From Nitriliruptoraceae bacterium (lineage in GTDB: Bacteria > Actinomycetota > Nitriliruptoria > Nitriliruptorales > Nitriliruptoraceae): a stretch of 64,000 bases of DNA. Every line of letters starts with the position of its first letter. Within the stretch, counting starts at the first letter, position 1. Position numbers and translations under genes: made by a program. The stretch is taken from positions 33,640 to 97,639 of the forward strand of contig PWLR01000086.1 of NCBI GenBank assembly GCA_003558435.1, written 5' to 3'. The notes below the pieces were generated by a model. It did no database searches, was not told the DNA's origin, and was given only the letters and a program-made list of their open reading frames with translations. This document shows, piece after piece, positions 8,681 through 17,426 of this stretch.

Positions 8681-9427
8681 ATGATGCCTACGCTGGCGCG
8701 CCGTTCACCCCCGTTCGGAGCCGATGTGGTCGATCAGCGGGTCCGGCCGATCGCCCGCGGCGGAGTGCGCGCCGCGGTGGCCGCCGCCGGACTGACCGTG
8801 GTCTGGGGCGGCGCGTTCGCCACCCAGGTCCTGCCCTTCTTCCCCACCATCGTCGCGGGAGGCATCCTCACCGGCCTGGCCGGACTGTGGGTGCGTCGCG
8901 GTACCCGCGGCTGGCACAGCGGTGAGGCGCAGCGGCGCGACTTCCCGCCGTTCGCGCTGTCCGCCGCACACGCCCGTCTGGCCGTGGTGGTCGCCGTGCT
9001 CCACTTCGCGATCGGTCACGGGCTGTTCGCGGTCGGTGGGTTGCTCCTGCCCGCCCTGACCGAGACCGCCAGTGCGGTCTACACCCGAGCCGGCGGGATC
9101 CCGCTGTGGGCGGCGGTGCTGCTGGGTGCGGTCATCACCGCACCGCTCGAGGAGATCTTCTGGCGCGGCGGCGTCCAACCGCTGGTCAGTTCCATGGTCC
9201 GGGACCGCTGGCCGCGCGTGGCCGGTCTCCCCGGCGGCATCGTGGTCGCCACCACGGTCGTGTACGCCGCCTTCCACCTCGCGACCGCCCAGGTGGCTCT
9301 GGTGGCGGCGGCGTTGCTCGGCGGCCTGGTCTGGGGCTGGTTGATGGAACGGACGCGATCGCTCGGCGCGACCATGCTGGCCCACGGCCTGTGGACCGGC
9401 CTGATGCTGGTCTTCCCACCCGTCTGA
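8681..9427 (+). CDS. CPBP-family (CAAX/Abi) intramembrane glutamic protease
   Basis: Last 248 codons of track ORF 6977..9427 from ATG 8681. Multi-TM, with motif 1 PLEEIFWRG, then ..AAFHL.. and ..MLAHGLWTG... Confidence 0.8.
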   Translation: MMPTLARRSPPFGADVVDQRVRPIARGGVRAAVAAAGLTVVWGGAFATQVLPFFPTIVAGGILTGLAGLWVRRGTRGWHSGEAQRRDFPPFALSAAHARLAVVVAVLHFAIGHGLFAVGGLLLPALTETASAVYTRAGGIPLWAAVLLGAVITAPLEEIFWRGGVQPLVSSMVRDRWPRVAGLPGGIVVATTVVYAAFHLATAQVALVAAALLGGLVWGWLMERTRSLGATMLAHGLWTGLMLVFPPV

Positions 9428-9489
9428 GGAGCCCCTCGGGTGGTGGTCCGGGCCTGGTGTCCCGAGCCACCCCCCGTGGTCGGCGCGGT

Positions 9490-10863
9490 TCAGAAGATCG
9501 TCGCCGCGTGCTCGGCCAGCGGACTGCGCACGCCCTTGGACAGGGTGATGTGGCCGAACAGCGGGCTGCCCTTCATCTTCTCGATCAGGGCCGCCATCCC
9601 CCCGTAGGGGCTGATGTAGGGGTTGTCGACCTGACCGAGATCGCCACAGAACACCACCTTGGAGCCCATCGCCATCCGGGTCAGGACGACCTTCAGCGCG
9701 GCGAGCTCGATGTTCTGGGCCTCGTCGACGAGCACGAACTCGTCGGTGATGGACCGGCCGCGCAGGTAGGTGATCGCGGCGAGTTCCAGCTGACCGCGGT
9801 CGACCAGCGACTCGATGGTCGACTGGATCTGGCGGTGCTCGCGGCTGCCGCGGCTGGCGGGCGAGTCGGTACGGAGCAACGCGTAGAGGTTGTCGTGCAC
9901 CGCCGCCATCCACGGGTTGAGCTTCTCCGCGAGGTCACCGGGGAGGTAGCCGACCTCCTGACGACCGACCGCGATCAGCGGGCGGTAGACCGACAGCCGC
10001 CGGTAGGCGGTCGCCTCCAGCACCTGCTCCAGACCGCCGGCCAGTGCGAGGAAGGTCTTGCCGGTCCCGGCCATACCCATGATCGACACGCACGGCACAT
10101 CGGGGTCGAGCAGCAGATCGATCGCGAAGGTCTGGCGCACGTCGCGGGGCGCCATCCCGAAGACCTGACGGTGCCCGGCGACACGGTGGACCGTCGCCGC
10201 GCCGTCCTCGTCGAGATCGATCACCCGTCCGAGGCCCGATCCGGACCGACCGGCGCGCAACACCAGACAGGCGTTGGGCCACAGTCCCCCGCCGACGCCC
10301 GCGAGATCGGCCACCTCGGCGTTCAGCTGGACCTTGCCGTCGCGGTGGAGGCCGTCGAGGACGTCCGGGTCGACCTCCAGCTCCAGGATGCCCGTGCTGT
10401 GCTCGTCGACCTGAGCGGTGTCGGCCCGGTAGTCCTCGACCGCGACCCCCAACTGGCTGGCCTTGATGCGCAGCGCGGCGTCCTTGGTCACCAGCGTCGC
10501 CTGCAGACCGATCGCGACACACAGGATGCGGTGGTCGGCCTTGGAGCGGTCGAGGTAGGGAGGCAACGGCACGTCGACGTGGTTCGACTCGACGCGCACC
10601 GACCCGCCGGAGGGCAACGGCATCGCCTCACGCAGACCGCGCGGTGAGGCCACCCGCAGCTCCTCGATCGCGCGGAGCGCCAGACGGGCGTTGCGCCCGA
10701 CATCGTCCATCGCCGTCTTCTTCCGATCGAGCTCCTCGATCACGACCAGGGGCAGGACCACCTCGTGCTCGTCGAACCGGAACAGCGCGTTCGGATCGGC
10801 GAGCAGGACACAGGTGTCCAGCACGTAGGAACGGGTGGGGTCGGACGCGGTCGGGCTGGTCAT
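9490..10863 (-). CDS. phoH2: PhoH2: N-terminal PIN domain fused to PhoH-type P-loop ATPase
   Basis: PIN start YVLDTCVLLADPNALFRF..VVLPLVVIEELD. Walker A GMAGTGKTFLALA. PhoH core ..LVDEAQNIE..KVVFCGDLGQVDNPY... Confidence 0.9.
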   Translation of the reverse strand: MTSPTASDPTRSYVLDTCVLLADPNALFRFDEHEVVLPLVVIEELDRKKTAMDDVGRNARLALRAIEELRVASPRGLREAMPLPSGGSVRVESNHVDVPLPPYLDRSKADHRILCVAIGLQATLVTKDAALRIKASQLGVAVEDYRADTAQVDEHSTGILELEVDPDVLDGLHRDGKVQLNAEVADLAGVGGGLWPNACLVLRAGRSGSGLGRVIDLDEDGAATVHRVAGHRQVFGMAPRDVRQTFAIDLLLDPDVPCVSIMGMAGTGKTFLALAGGLEQVLEATAYRRLSVYRPLIAVGRQEVGYLPGDLAEKLNPWMAAVHDNLYALLRTDSPASRGSREHRQIQSTIESLVDRGQLELAAITYLRGRSITDEFVLVDEAQNIELAALKVVLTRMAMGSKVVFCGDLGQVDNPYISPYGGMAALIEKMKGSPLFGHITLSKGVRSPLAEHAATIF

Positions 10864-10927
10864 CGGTGGCTCCCCTGTCAGGGGGCCCGCAGAGCACCAC
10901 GTGCCGTGCGGGCCCAGGAACGACGAA

Positions 10928-10948
10928 CGCCGCCCCGGAAGGGCGGCG
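10928..10948 (-). terminator. terminator-like hairpin inside the phoH2 leader
   Basis: CGCCGCCC-cggaa-GGGCGGCG (8-bp stem). On the minus strand it is followed by TTCGTCGTTCC. A second 9-bp hairpin lies at 10883-10915 and an SD-embedding hairpin at 10872-10885. Confidence 0.35.
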
Positions 10949-11244
10949 TGGTGAGCGGCGGGTGGCTCGGAAGCGTTCGGCTCCGAGCGAGCCCGTCGGC
11001 AGCACGAGATCGAGACGTGGAGGGATACGGGCGATGGGGGCGTTCGCCGGTCCGATGACCTCGGTCGATGAGATGGGCCGTGCCGGTCAGCTCGGTCATG
11101 GTGGCGAACACCTCACGTCGGTCGACGCACGGTCTGGATGGGTTCGAAGCTAGCGCTCGGCGGGTTGCCCACCCGGCATGTCGAACCGGACACGGCGGAA
11201 GTTCACGTGTTCGCAACCCGTGCGGGCACGGACCATCCCGGTCC

Positions 11245-12024
11245 TCAGCGACCGAATCGACGGGTACGGCGCTGGTAGTCGCGCAGGGCTCGGAGGAAAT
11301 CGACCCGGCGGAACTCCGGCCAGTAGGTGTCGCAGAAGTAGAACTCGCTGTGCGCCGACTGCCACAGCAGGAACCCGGAGAGCCGCACCTCACCGGAGGT
11401 CCGGATGATCAGGTCGGGGTCGGGCAGCCCGGTGGTGTAGAGGTGCGGACCGATGTCCTCCGGCTCCAGGGTGTTGGCGACCTGCTCGAGGGTGTGGCCC
11501 TGCGCCGCCCGGTCCGCGAGCAGGCTGCGCAACGCGTCGGTGATCTCTTGGCGACCGCCGTAGCCGACCGCCACCTGGACCCGGAGACGATCGTGGTGGG
11601 CGGTGGCTTCCTCCGCCTTCTTCAGGCACCGGCGGGTCGACTCCGGGAGCTGGTCCAGGGCCCCGACCGCGGTGACCTTCAGACCCCGGTCGGCCGCCTC
11701 CGTGGTGCACCCCATCTTGCGAACGGTCTCCTCGATGATGGCCATCAACTGGCCGACCTCCGTGTCATCGCGCGAGAGGTTGTCCGTCGAGAGCAACCAC
11801 AACGTGACGTACGGGATCTCGAGTTCGAGACACCAGTCGAGGAACGGGTCGATCCGGCGGGCACCGGCCTCGTGGCCGACCGCCGCAGCACCGAGCCCCC
11901 GTTCCGCCGCGTAGCGCCGATTGCCGTCCAGGATGACCCCGACGTGCCCTGGCATGGGGCCGCTCGCCAGCTCACGAGCGAGCCGACGCTCGTAGAGGCG
12001 GTAGGCGATATCGAGGGCAGTCAT
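11245..12024 (-). CDS. uppS: cis-isoprenyl diphosphate synthase (UppS family; short form resembling mycobacterial Z-farnesyl diphosphate synthase)
   Basis: HVGVILDGNRRYAAERGL, ..VAVGYGGRQEI.., ..DLIIRTSGEVRLSGFLLWQSAHSEFYF... 259 aa. Confidence 0.85.
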   Translation of the reverse strand: MTALDIAYRLYERRLARELASGPMPGHVGVILDGNRRYAAERGLGAAAVGHEAGARRIDPFLDWCLELEIPYVTLWLLSTDNLSRDDTEVGQLMAIIEETVRKMGCTTEAADRGLKVTAVGALDQLPESTRRCLKKAEEATAHHDRLRVQVAVGYGGRQEITDALRSLLADRAAQGHTLEQVANTLEPEDIGPHLYTTGLPDPDLIIRTSGEVRLSGFLLWQSAHSEFYFCDTYWPEFRRVDFLRALRDYQRRTRRFGR

Positions 12025-12279
12025 GACTCGATGCTAGCCCGCGGGCCCCGCCTGACGCCTTTCGCCCGTCCGGACGGGCGGCCCTCCGAGCACGCCGGGT
12101 GAGCGTGGTGATACGCTTCCGTGACACGCCCGGACGCATCAGCGCCGGGCGTCGTTCGTGGCCGACCCCGGCCGTCCCCAGCCCGACGCTGGCACCGCAC
12201 CATCGTGCACGACGGGGTCAGCGCGGGGAGTGACACCGCCGGGAAGCGCCTGGCATCGGTATCCGACATGGAGTGACCT

Positions 12280-12744
12280 ATGGCCGAGACGTGGTTGAGC
12301 CAGGAGGCCTACGACCGCCTCCGCAGCGAACTCGACACCCTCAAGACCGAGGGCCGGCCGCGCATCTCCGCGGAGATCGAGGTCGCTCGCGCTCACGGGG
12401 ACCTGCGTGAGAACGCGGAGTACCACGCGGCCAAGGACGAGCAGGGCAAGATGGAGGCCCGTATCCGTCAGGTCGAGGAGTTGCTGCGCGACGCCCGTAT
12501 CGGGGAGCCCTCGGACACCGACCGGGCCCGACCCGGCCTGCTCGTCGAGTTGGAGGTCGACGGCGACGAAGAGACCTACCTGCTGGGCAGCCGTGAGGAC
12601 CGTCACGACGAGTTCGACGTGCTCTCCGCCGACAGCCCGATGGGGCGCGCGGTGACCGACGCCGCGGAGGGCGACCAGGTCAGCTTCACGACGCCGTCCG
12701 GCATCAGCCTCGACGTGCTCGTCAAGGCGATCCGCACCCCCTGA
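12280..12744 (+). CDS. greA: transcription elongation factor GreA
   Basis: WLSQEAYDRLRSELDTLKTEGRPRISAEIEVARAHGDLRENAEYHAAKDEQGKMEARIRQVEELL is the unmistakable GreA coiled-coil. 154 aa. Confidence 0.95.
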   Translation: MAETWLSQEAYDRLRSELDTLKTEGRPRISAEIEVARAHGDLRENAEYHAAKDEQGKMEARIRQVEELLRDARIGEPSDTDRARPGLLVELEVDGDEETYLLGSREDRHDEFDVLSADSPMGRAVTDAAEGDQVSFTTPSGISLDVLVKAIRTP

Positions 12745-12978
12745 TCCCCGGGTCCTGCGCCGGGCCCCGGGACCGGCGGCCCGAGGGACGTCTCGCCCGC
12801 TCGAGCCCCACTCGTACCCCGCTCGAGTTGGGTCCCGTCCCGCCGAACGGCCCGACGCATCCCCGAACGGACTAGCCTCTCGTGCGGAGGATGGGGGCGA
12901 TCGCCCACGATCCCCGGGAGCAGACGCGTGGTGGAACCCGAGGCTCGGCAACCTGCGCACGATGGGTACGGGACGAGC

Positions 12979-13608
12979 ATGAGCACTCCATGGCGTGCCG
13001 TGGTGTGCGATTCGCGGCCCGTGGTCCGTGCGGGCCTGTCGGCGGTGCTGGCGCCCCTCGGCCCCGTGTGCGACGCCGCGCTCGAGGACGTACCGGCGGT
13101 GGTCACCACCGCACGCACCGACGTGCTGGTCGCCGGGCTGCGCATCGATGATGCCGACACGTTCCCCGTCATCGCCGCCCGGACGAGCGCCGACCCCTCG
13201 CTGCGCGTGCTGATCATCGCCGACGGTGCGACCGTGATCGACATGCGCGAAGCCGTGATCGCCGGTGTCGACAGCTTCATCCTGGCTTCGGCGCCGGTCG
13301 GCGAGATCCGCGATGCCGCCTCGGCGACCGCCCGCGGCGACCGGATCATCTCGCCATCGATCGCCATGCAGCTGGCCGGTTCCTGGCGGACCGAGCCCCA
13401 CGCGACCGGTGCCGCGTCGCTGACCACCCGTGAACTGGAGGTCCTGCAGTTGCTGGCCGAGGGGCTCACCAACGACCGCATCGGTGACCGGGTCGGTCTC
13501 TCCAGCCGCACCGTCAAGACCCACGTCCAGAACCTGCTCCTCAAACTCGACGCGGGCGACCGCACCGGCGCCGTCGCCCGAGGGTTCCGTCTGGGCCTCA
13601 TCCGCTAG
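12979..13608 (+). CDS. LuxR/NarL-family regulator with degenerate (pseudo-)receiver domain
   Basis: C-terminal HTH LTTRELEVLQLLAEGLTNDRIGDRVGLSSRTVKTHVQNLLLKL. The N-terminal receiver-like fold lacks the phospho-Asp (DVLVAGLRI where xxLLDLxMP is expected) and the conserved Lys. Start at ATG 12979. Confidence 0.8.
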   Translation: MSTPWRAVVCDSRPVVRAGLSAVLAPLGPVCDAALEDVPAVVTTARTDVLVAGLRIDDADTFPVIAARTSADPSLRVLIIADGATVIDMREAVIAGVDSFILASAPVGEIRDAASATARGDRIISPSIAMQLAGSWRTEPHATGAASLTTRELEVLQLLAEGLTNDRIGDRVGLSSRTVKTHVQNLLLKLDAGDRTGAVARGFRLGLIR

Positions 13609-13706
13609 CGTCTGCGCGTGGTCCGGCCTGGCGGCCGATCCTGCCGGGGGCGGCGATCCGCTGCGGGTCGCAGGTCCCGGTCGGTCCCGGGCTCGAGGAG
13701 CACGAC

Positions 13707-14414
13707 GTGCGCGGTCTCATCGAACTCGCCGACGGGGTCCATCAACTGGCGGTCACGGCCGGCGTCAACTGCTGGGTCCTGCGGGACGAACACGGCGTGA
13801 CGCTGATCGACACCGGCCTGGCGCGCAAGGGTCTGATCCCGAAGCTCGGCCGTCTCGGCATCGCGCCCGGTGACGTGACCCGGGTCCTGCTCACCCACGC
13901 CCATCCCGACCACGCGGGTGGCATCGCCGGGCTGATCCGCGCGGGCGCCGACCCGACCATCGAGGTGGGCGAGGACGACCTGCCGATCGTGCGCGGGGAG
14001 CAGGACCAGCCGACATCGGATGCGTCGACGTGGTCGGGGCGGCTGTTCAACCGCGTCCCGCCGCCGGGGCCGTTCGGAGCCCCCGTCGTGCATCCGAACG
14101 CCACCGCGTTGCGGCCGGGAGATCACCTCCCCTTCGCCGGCGGCATCGAGGTGGTCGCGACCCCGGGCCACACCCCCGGGCACCTGGCCTTCCACCTCAC
14201 CGCGCACGGCCTGGTGATCGGCGGTGACGTGCTGTTCAACCTGTTCTCGCTGCGTCCGAGCCCCGCGTTCCTGTGTTGGCGGATCGCGCCGAACCACACC
14301 TCGATGACCCGGATCGCGGACCTCGCCCCCCGGACGCTCGCCTTGGCTCACGGACGTGCCGTGACCGACGACGTGGCCGGCCGCCTCCGTCAGGTCGCCG
14401 CCGACACCGCCTGA
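13707..14414 (+). CDS. MBL-fold metallo-hydrolase
   Basis: LLTHAHPDHAGG (HxHxDH motif) and later ..TPGHTPGH... 235 aa. Confidence 0.85.
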   Translation: MRGLIELADGVHQLAVTAGVNCWVLRDEHGVTLIDTGLARKGLIPKLGRLGIAPGDVTRVLLTHAHPDHAGGIAGLIRAGADPTIEVGEDDLPIVRGEQDQPTSDASTWSGRLFNRVPPPGPFGAPVVHPNATALRPGDHLPFAGGIEVVATPGHTPGHLAFHLTAHGLVIGGDVLFNLFSLRPSPAFLCWRIAPNHTSMTRIADLAPRTLALAHGRAVTDDVAGRLRQVAADTA

Positions 14415-14520
14415 CGCCACGCGCTCCGGTGGTGCCTGCGGGGCAACCGGCCGGCGGGGGCGGGGCGGCCGGGAGCGGCCGGCGGGTCGCGTGGGCATGG
14501 CCGCCGGCTCACCGGCGGAA

Positions 14521-14548
14521 CCGCCCACGGCACCCCGCCCACGGCACC
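14521..14548. repeat. perfect 14-bp tandem repeat x2 (CCGCCCACGGCACC)
   Basis: Read directly at 14521-14534 and 14535-14548, in the 267-bp region upstream of the small membrane-protein pair. CCGTCCAACG also occurs twice downstream of this repeat in the same region (about 14561 and 14631). Confidence 0.9.
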
Positions 14549-14681
14549 CGGACAACGGCACCGTCCAACGCGGCCGGCCGGCGGCAGCCGTCATCCGGGC
14601 CTGCCGTGGCGCCCAGGCCGCACGCCGACCCCGTCCAACGGCCTCCTCAGCTTCGCACCTCAGAAGAAGTCAGGAGCCTTC

Positions 14682-14912
14682 ATGTCATCCACCTCGACCG
14701 ATACCGACCGGTCCTCGCCGTTCAGCAAACGCCAGAAACGGCGGGTCATCGCCAAGCTGTTCTTCCTGATCGCCGGCACGCTGTCGTTCTTCCTGTCCGT
14801 CGCCCTGTGGTTCATCACCGAGGACATCCAGACCGCCATCTACGTCGGTCTCTGGGTCCCGTCGCTGTTCTCCCTGGGCGCCCTGGTCCTAGCTCACGAG
14901 GGTGACCGATGA
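14682..14912 (+). CDS. small two-TM membrane protein, function unknown
   Basis: 76 aa with strong GC3 codon bias. AGGAG lies 7 nt upstream of the ATG. Two hydrophobic helices (VIAKLFFLIAGTLSFFLSVALWFI, IYVGLWVPSLFSLGALVLA). Confidence 0.6.
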   Translation: MSSTSTDTDRSSPFSKRQKRRVIAKLFFLIAGTLSFFLSVALWFITEDIQTAIYVGLWVPSLFSLGALVLAHEGDR

Positions 14913-15097
14913 CCCCGGCGACGCTGTTCGCGATCGGCGCGGTCGTGTTCTTCATGGGGGGTCTGGGTCTGGTGCTCGTGGGCATCGACTACGCCGACCG
15001 GTGGCGCATCCGGGAGAAGCAGGACGACGAGGACACCTATCTCGACGAGGAGACCATGGGTCAGGCGATCACCGACCCTCGGCATCAGCGCCACTGA
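14909..15097 (+). CDS. small single-TM membrane protein with acidic tail, function unknown
   Basis: 62 aa. ATG overlaps the upstream stop (ATGA at 14909-14912). Good GC3 bias. TM helix LFAIGAVVFFMGGLGLVLVGI followed by an acidic tail. Confidence 0.6.
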   Translation: MTPATLFAIGAVVFFMGGLGLVLVGIDYADRWRIREKQDDEDTYLDEETMGQAITDPRHQRH

Positions 15098-15590
15098 CCG
15101 GATCCGTGGCCTCGGGATCCGGCGTGTGCTCGTCGAGGCCGGCACGGAGCCACGAGACCACCGCCTCGACGGCGGTGTAGGCCTCCAACCGCGCCTGGTC
15201 GGTGCCGGTCGACTCGGCGTCGGCGACGATGCGCACGAGGTGATCGACGCCCGAGACCCCCAACTCCAGCACGGCCTCGTTGCCACCGCTCGCCCAGCGG
15301 GCGAGTACGTAGCGGGCCAACGCGCCGACCGGTATCCCGGATGCCTCGCTCAGCCCACGTAGGGTCGACAGGACCTCGAGGTGGCTGTAGCCGGCGACAT
15401 CCGCTTTGAGCCCCGCGAACGGGTCGTCCGCGGGCCAGTCGCCGTCCCAACGTTCGAGACGCACGACCGGCTCGTCGGACGCCGGCTCACCGGACGCCGG
15501 CTCGTCTGGCGCCGGCTCGTCTGGCGCCGGCTCGTCTGGCGCCGGCTCGTCTGATCCCGAACCCTCGGCGGGTTCGCCGACCCGTGCCAC
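15069..15590 (-). CDS. hypothetical protein with (DEPAP)n acidic/proline repeat N-terminus
   Basis: Track ORF 15069..15662 overlaps the thiolase gene. The first start below the thiolase stop is GTG 15590, without a strong SD. The C-terminal ~120 aa look globular (..GIPVGALARYVLARWASGGNEAVLELGVSGVDHLVRIV..). Start is uncertain. Confidence 0.5.
   Translation of the reverse strand: MARVGEPAEGSGSDEPAPDEPAPDEPAPDEPASGEPASDEPVVRLERWDGDWPADDPFAGLKADVAGYSHLEVLSTLRGLSEASGIPVGALARYVLARWASGGNEAVLELGVSGVDHLVRIVADAESTGTDQARLEAYTAVEAVVSWLRAGLDEHTPDPEATDPVSGADAEGR
15466..15553. repeat. 15-bp tandem repeat, about 5-6 units (GCCGGCTCGTCTGGC), inside a CDS
   Basis: Perfect units at 15496-15510, 15511-15525 and 15526-15540, flanked by degenerate units. 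It encodes the PDEPA repeats of the 15069..15590 protein. Confidence 0.9.
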
Positions 15591-15610
15591 GGGCCGACCG
15601 TCGCGGGCGA

Positions 15611-16816
15611 CTACTTCAGGCGCTCGATGATCATCGCCATGCCCTGACCGCCGCCGACACACATCGTCTCCAGCCCGAAGGTGCCGTCACGGTGGTTGAG
15701 GCCGTTGATCAGCGTGCCGGTGATCCGTGCACCGGTCATGCCGAACGGGTGGCCGACCGCGATCGCACCGCCGTGGGGGTTGAGCTTGTCGTAGTCGATC
15801 CCGAGGTCATCGGCGGAGGGGATCACCTGGGCGGCGAACGCCTCGTTGATCTCCACGATGTCCATGTCGTCGATGGTCATCCCGGCACGTGCCAGCGCCT
15901 GCTGGGAGGCGCCGACCGGGCCGTAGCCCATGATCTCCGGATCCAGCCCGGACACGCCGGTCGACACGATGCGTGCCAGCGGCTCGATGCCGAGCTCGCG
16001 CGCCTTGGTGTCGCTCATCACGATCACGGCGGCAGCGCCGTCGTTGAGCGGGCAGGCGTTGCCGGCGGTGATGCGCCCGTCGGGGCGGAACACCGGCTTG
16101 AGCTCGGCCATCTTGTCGCGGTCGGCGGGCCGGGGAGACTCGTCGGTGTCCATGGTGGAGCCGTCGGGTAGCTCGATCGGGGTGATCTCGTTGGACCAGA
16201 AGCCCTCGGTCTGCGCCTTCGCGTACCGGTTCTGCGACTCGTAGGCGAAGTCGTCCATCGCCTCGCGCGACACGCCCTTGAGCCGGGCGAGGTTCTCCGC
16301 GGTCTGACCCATCGGGATGTAGACGTCCGGAAGCTCCGACGGCTCCCAGGAGTCGGCACCCTGCTCGGCCATCCGCTTGGTGCGGGCCTGCGCCTCGTCG
16401 AAACGTGGGTTCTGGGTCGCCGGCAGCGAGTCCGAGTTGCCCATCACGAACCGCGAGACCATCTCGACCCCGGCGGAGATGAACACGTCACCCTCCCCGG
16501 CCTTGATCGCGTGCATGGCCATCCGGGTGGTCTGCAGCGACGACGAGCAGTAGCGGGTCAGGGTCGTGCCGGGTACGCCCTCCCAGCCGAGCAGCGTGGT
16601 GACCACCCGTGCGAGGTTGAAGCCTTGTTCCCCGCCGGGCAGGCCACAGCCGAGCATCAGGTCCTCGATGTCGCTCGGCTTCAGCTGCGGCACCTGGGCC
16701 ATCGCGGCTTCGATGATGGTCGCGGTGAGGTCGTCGGAGCGCAGCTCGGTCATCCGGCCCTTGAAGGCCCGTCCGATCGGGGTGCGTGCGGTCGCGACGA
16801 TGACGGCTTCAGGCAT
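15611..16816 (-). CDS. acetyl-CoA C-acyltransferase (thiolase)
   Basis: MPEAVIVATARTPIGRAFKG.., ..YCSSSLQ (active-site Cys), ..NEAFAAQV.., ..GHPFGMTGAR.., C-terminal CVGGGQGMA. Confidence 0.95.
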   Translation of the reverse strand: MPEAVIVATARTPIGRAFKGRMTELRSDDLTATIIEAAMAQVPQLKPSDIEDLMLGCGLPGGEQGFNLARVVTTLLGWEGVPGTTLTRYCSSSLQTTRMAMHAIKAGEGDVFISAGVEMVSRFVMGNSDSLPATQNPRFDEAQARTKRMAEQGADSWEPSELPDVYIPMGQTAENLARLKGVSREAMDDFAYESQNRYAKAQTEGFWSNEITPIELPDGSTMDTDESPRPADRDKMAELKPVFRPDGRITAGNACPLNDGAAAVIVMSDTKARELGIEPLARIVSTGVSGLDPEIMGYGPVGASQQALARAGMTIDDMDIVEINEAFAAQVIPSADDLGIDYDKLNPHGGAIAVGHPFGMTGARITGTLINGLNHRDGTFGLETMCVGGGQGMAMIIERLK

Positions 16817-17071
16817 GGCGATCCTCCCAGAACGCTCGAACGGGCTCGGGGGACGATGTTAGGGCCTGTGGACAGTGGTTCCTAAAGCGCGATGAACGCC
16901 GGCCGATGAAGCTTTTCACGAGCTTCCCAACCGATGTCACCGACGCGCAGTGGGCGCTGCGCGTGAGAGACGTTCGATGATGCGCTCGTCGCCGCGCGCC
17001 ATGGTGACTCCTGTGTCCGCTGGTCCCGCGTTCCATCTCCACCCGGGAGGACCGGTCACGTAAGTCGCCGC

Positions 17072-17329
17072 TCAGGCCCGCGATTCGAAGCCGGCGCGAT
17101 GGTCGATGTCGTGGTCGACGCGCCGCGCTGCCTGCCGAGCGACGAGCGATGCCGGAGCCTGCAGGGCCAACGCCGCATCGGCCAACAGCTCTTCGATACT
17201 CGGGATGCACCCGCCGCACCGGGCGCCGGCTCCGCAGCTCTGCGCCACACCGTCGAGGTCGCAGGCTCCGGCCGCGATGGTCGCCCGGATGGCGCGGTCG
17301 TTCACGACCTCGCAGTGACAGACAACCAT
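17072..17329 (-). CDS. bfd: bacterioferritin-associated ferredoxin-like (2Fe-2S)-binding protein
   Basis: MVVCHCEVVNDRAIRATI..CGAGARCGGCIPSIEELL matches the BFD-type Cys pattern C-x-C...C-x2-C. 85 aa. Confidence 0.85.
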   Translation of the reverse strand: MVVCHCEVVNDRAIRATIAAGACDLDGVAQSCGAGARCGGCIPSIEELLADAALALQAPASLVARQAARRVDHDIDHRAGFESRA

Positions 17330-17407
17330 GGCCGCTCCTGGAACGGCCGCCCACCCGGGCGACGCGTGGCCGGTGGTCGCGGTGACCGACGGCCACGCGA
17401 GCAGGAT

Positions 17408-17426
17408 TTAGGTGAGCCCCACCTAC
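17408..17426. promoter_or_regulatory. candidate IdeR/DtxR iron box
   Basis: TTAGGTGAGCCCCACCTAC matches the 19-nt consensus TTAGGTTAGGCTAACCTAA at 14/19 positions by eye. It contains the inverted repeat TAGGTG-N5-CACCTA and lies about 80 nt upstream of the bfd start. Confidence 0.45.

Noticed and set aside
6977-9427. 816-aa plus-strand ORF
   Set aside because: It is antisense to the ABC ATPase and TetR genes for most of its length. Only the terminal 248 codons (CPBP protease, from ATG 8681) are credible.
11130-11160. tRNA-like GGTTCGAA motif (T-loop-like) in the phoH2 leader
   Set aside because: The flanking bases do not form a T-stem. No acceptor, D or anticodon arms can be drawn. No cloverleaf.
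12139-13601. Minus-strand ORFs of 461 aa and 332 aa overlapping greA and the LuxR regulator
   Set aside because: They are antisense to two genes with clear signatures. The translations are low-complexity with no motifs.
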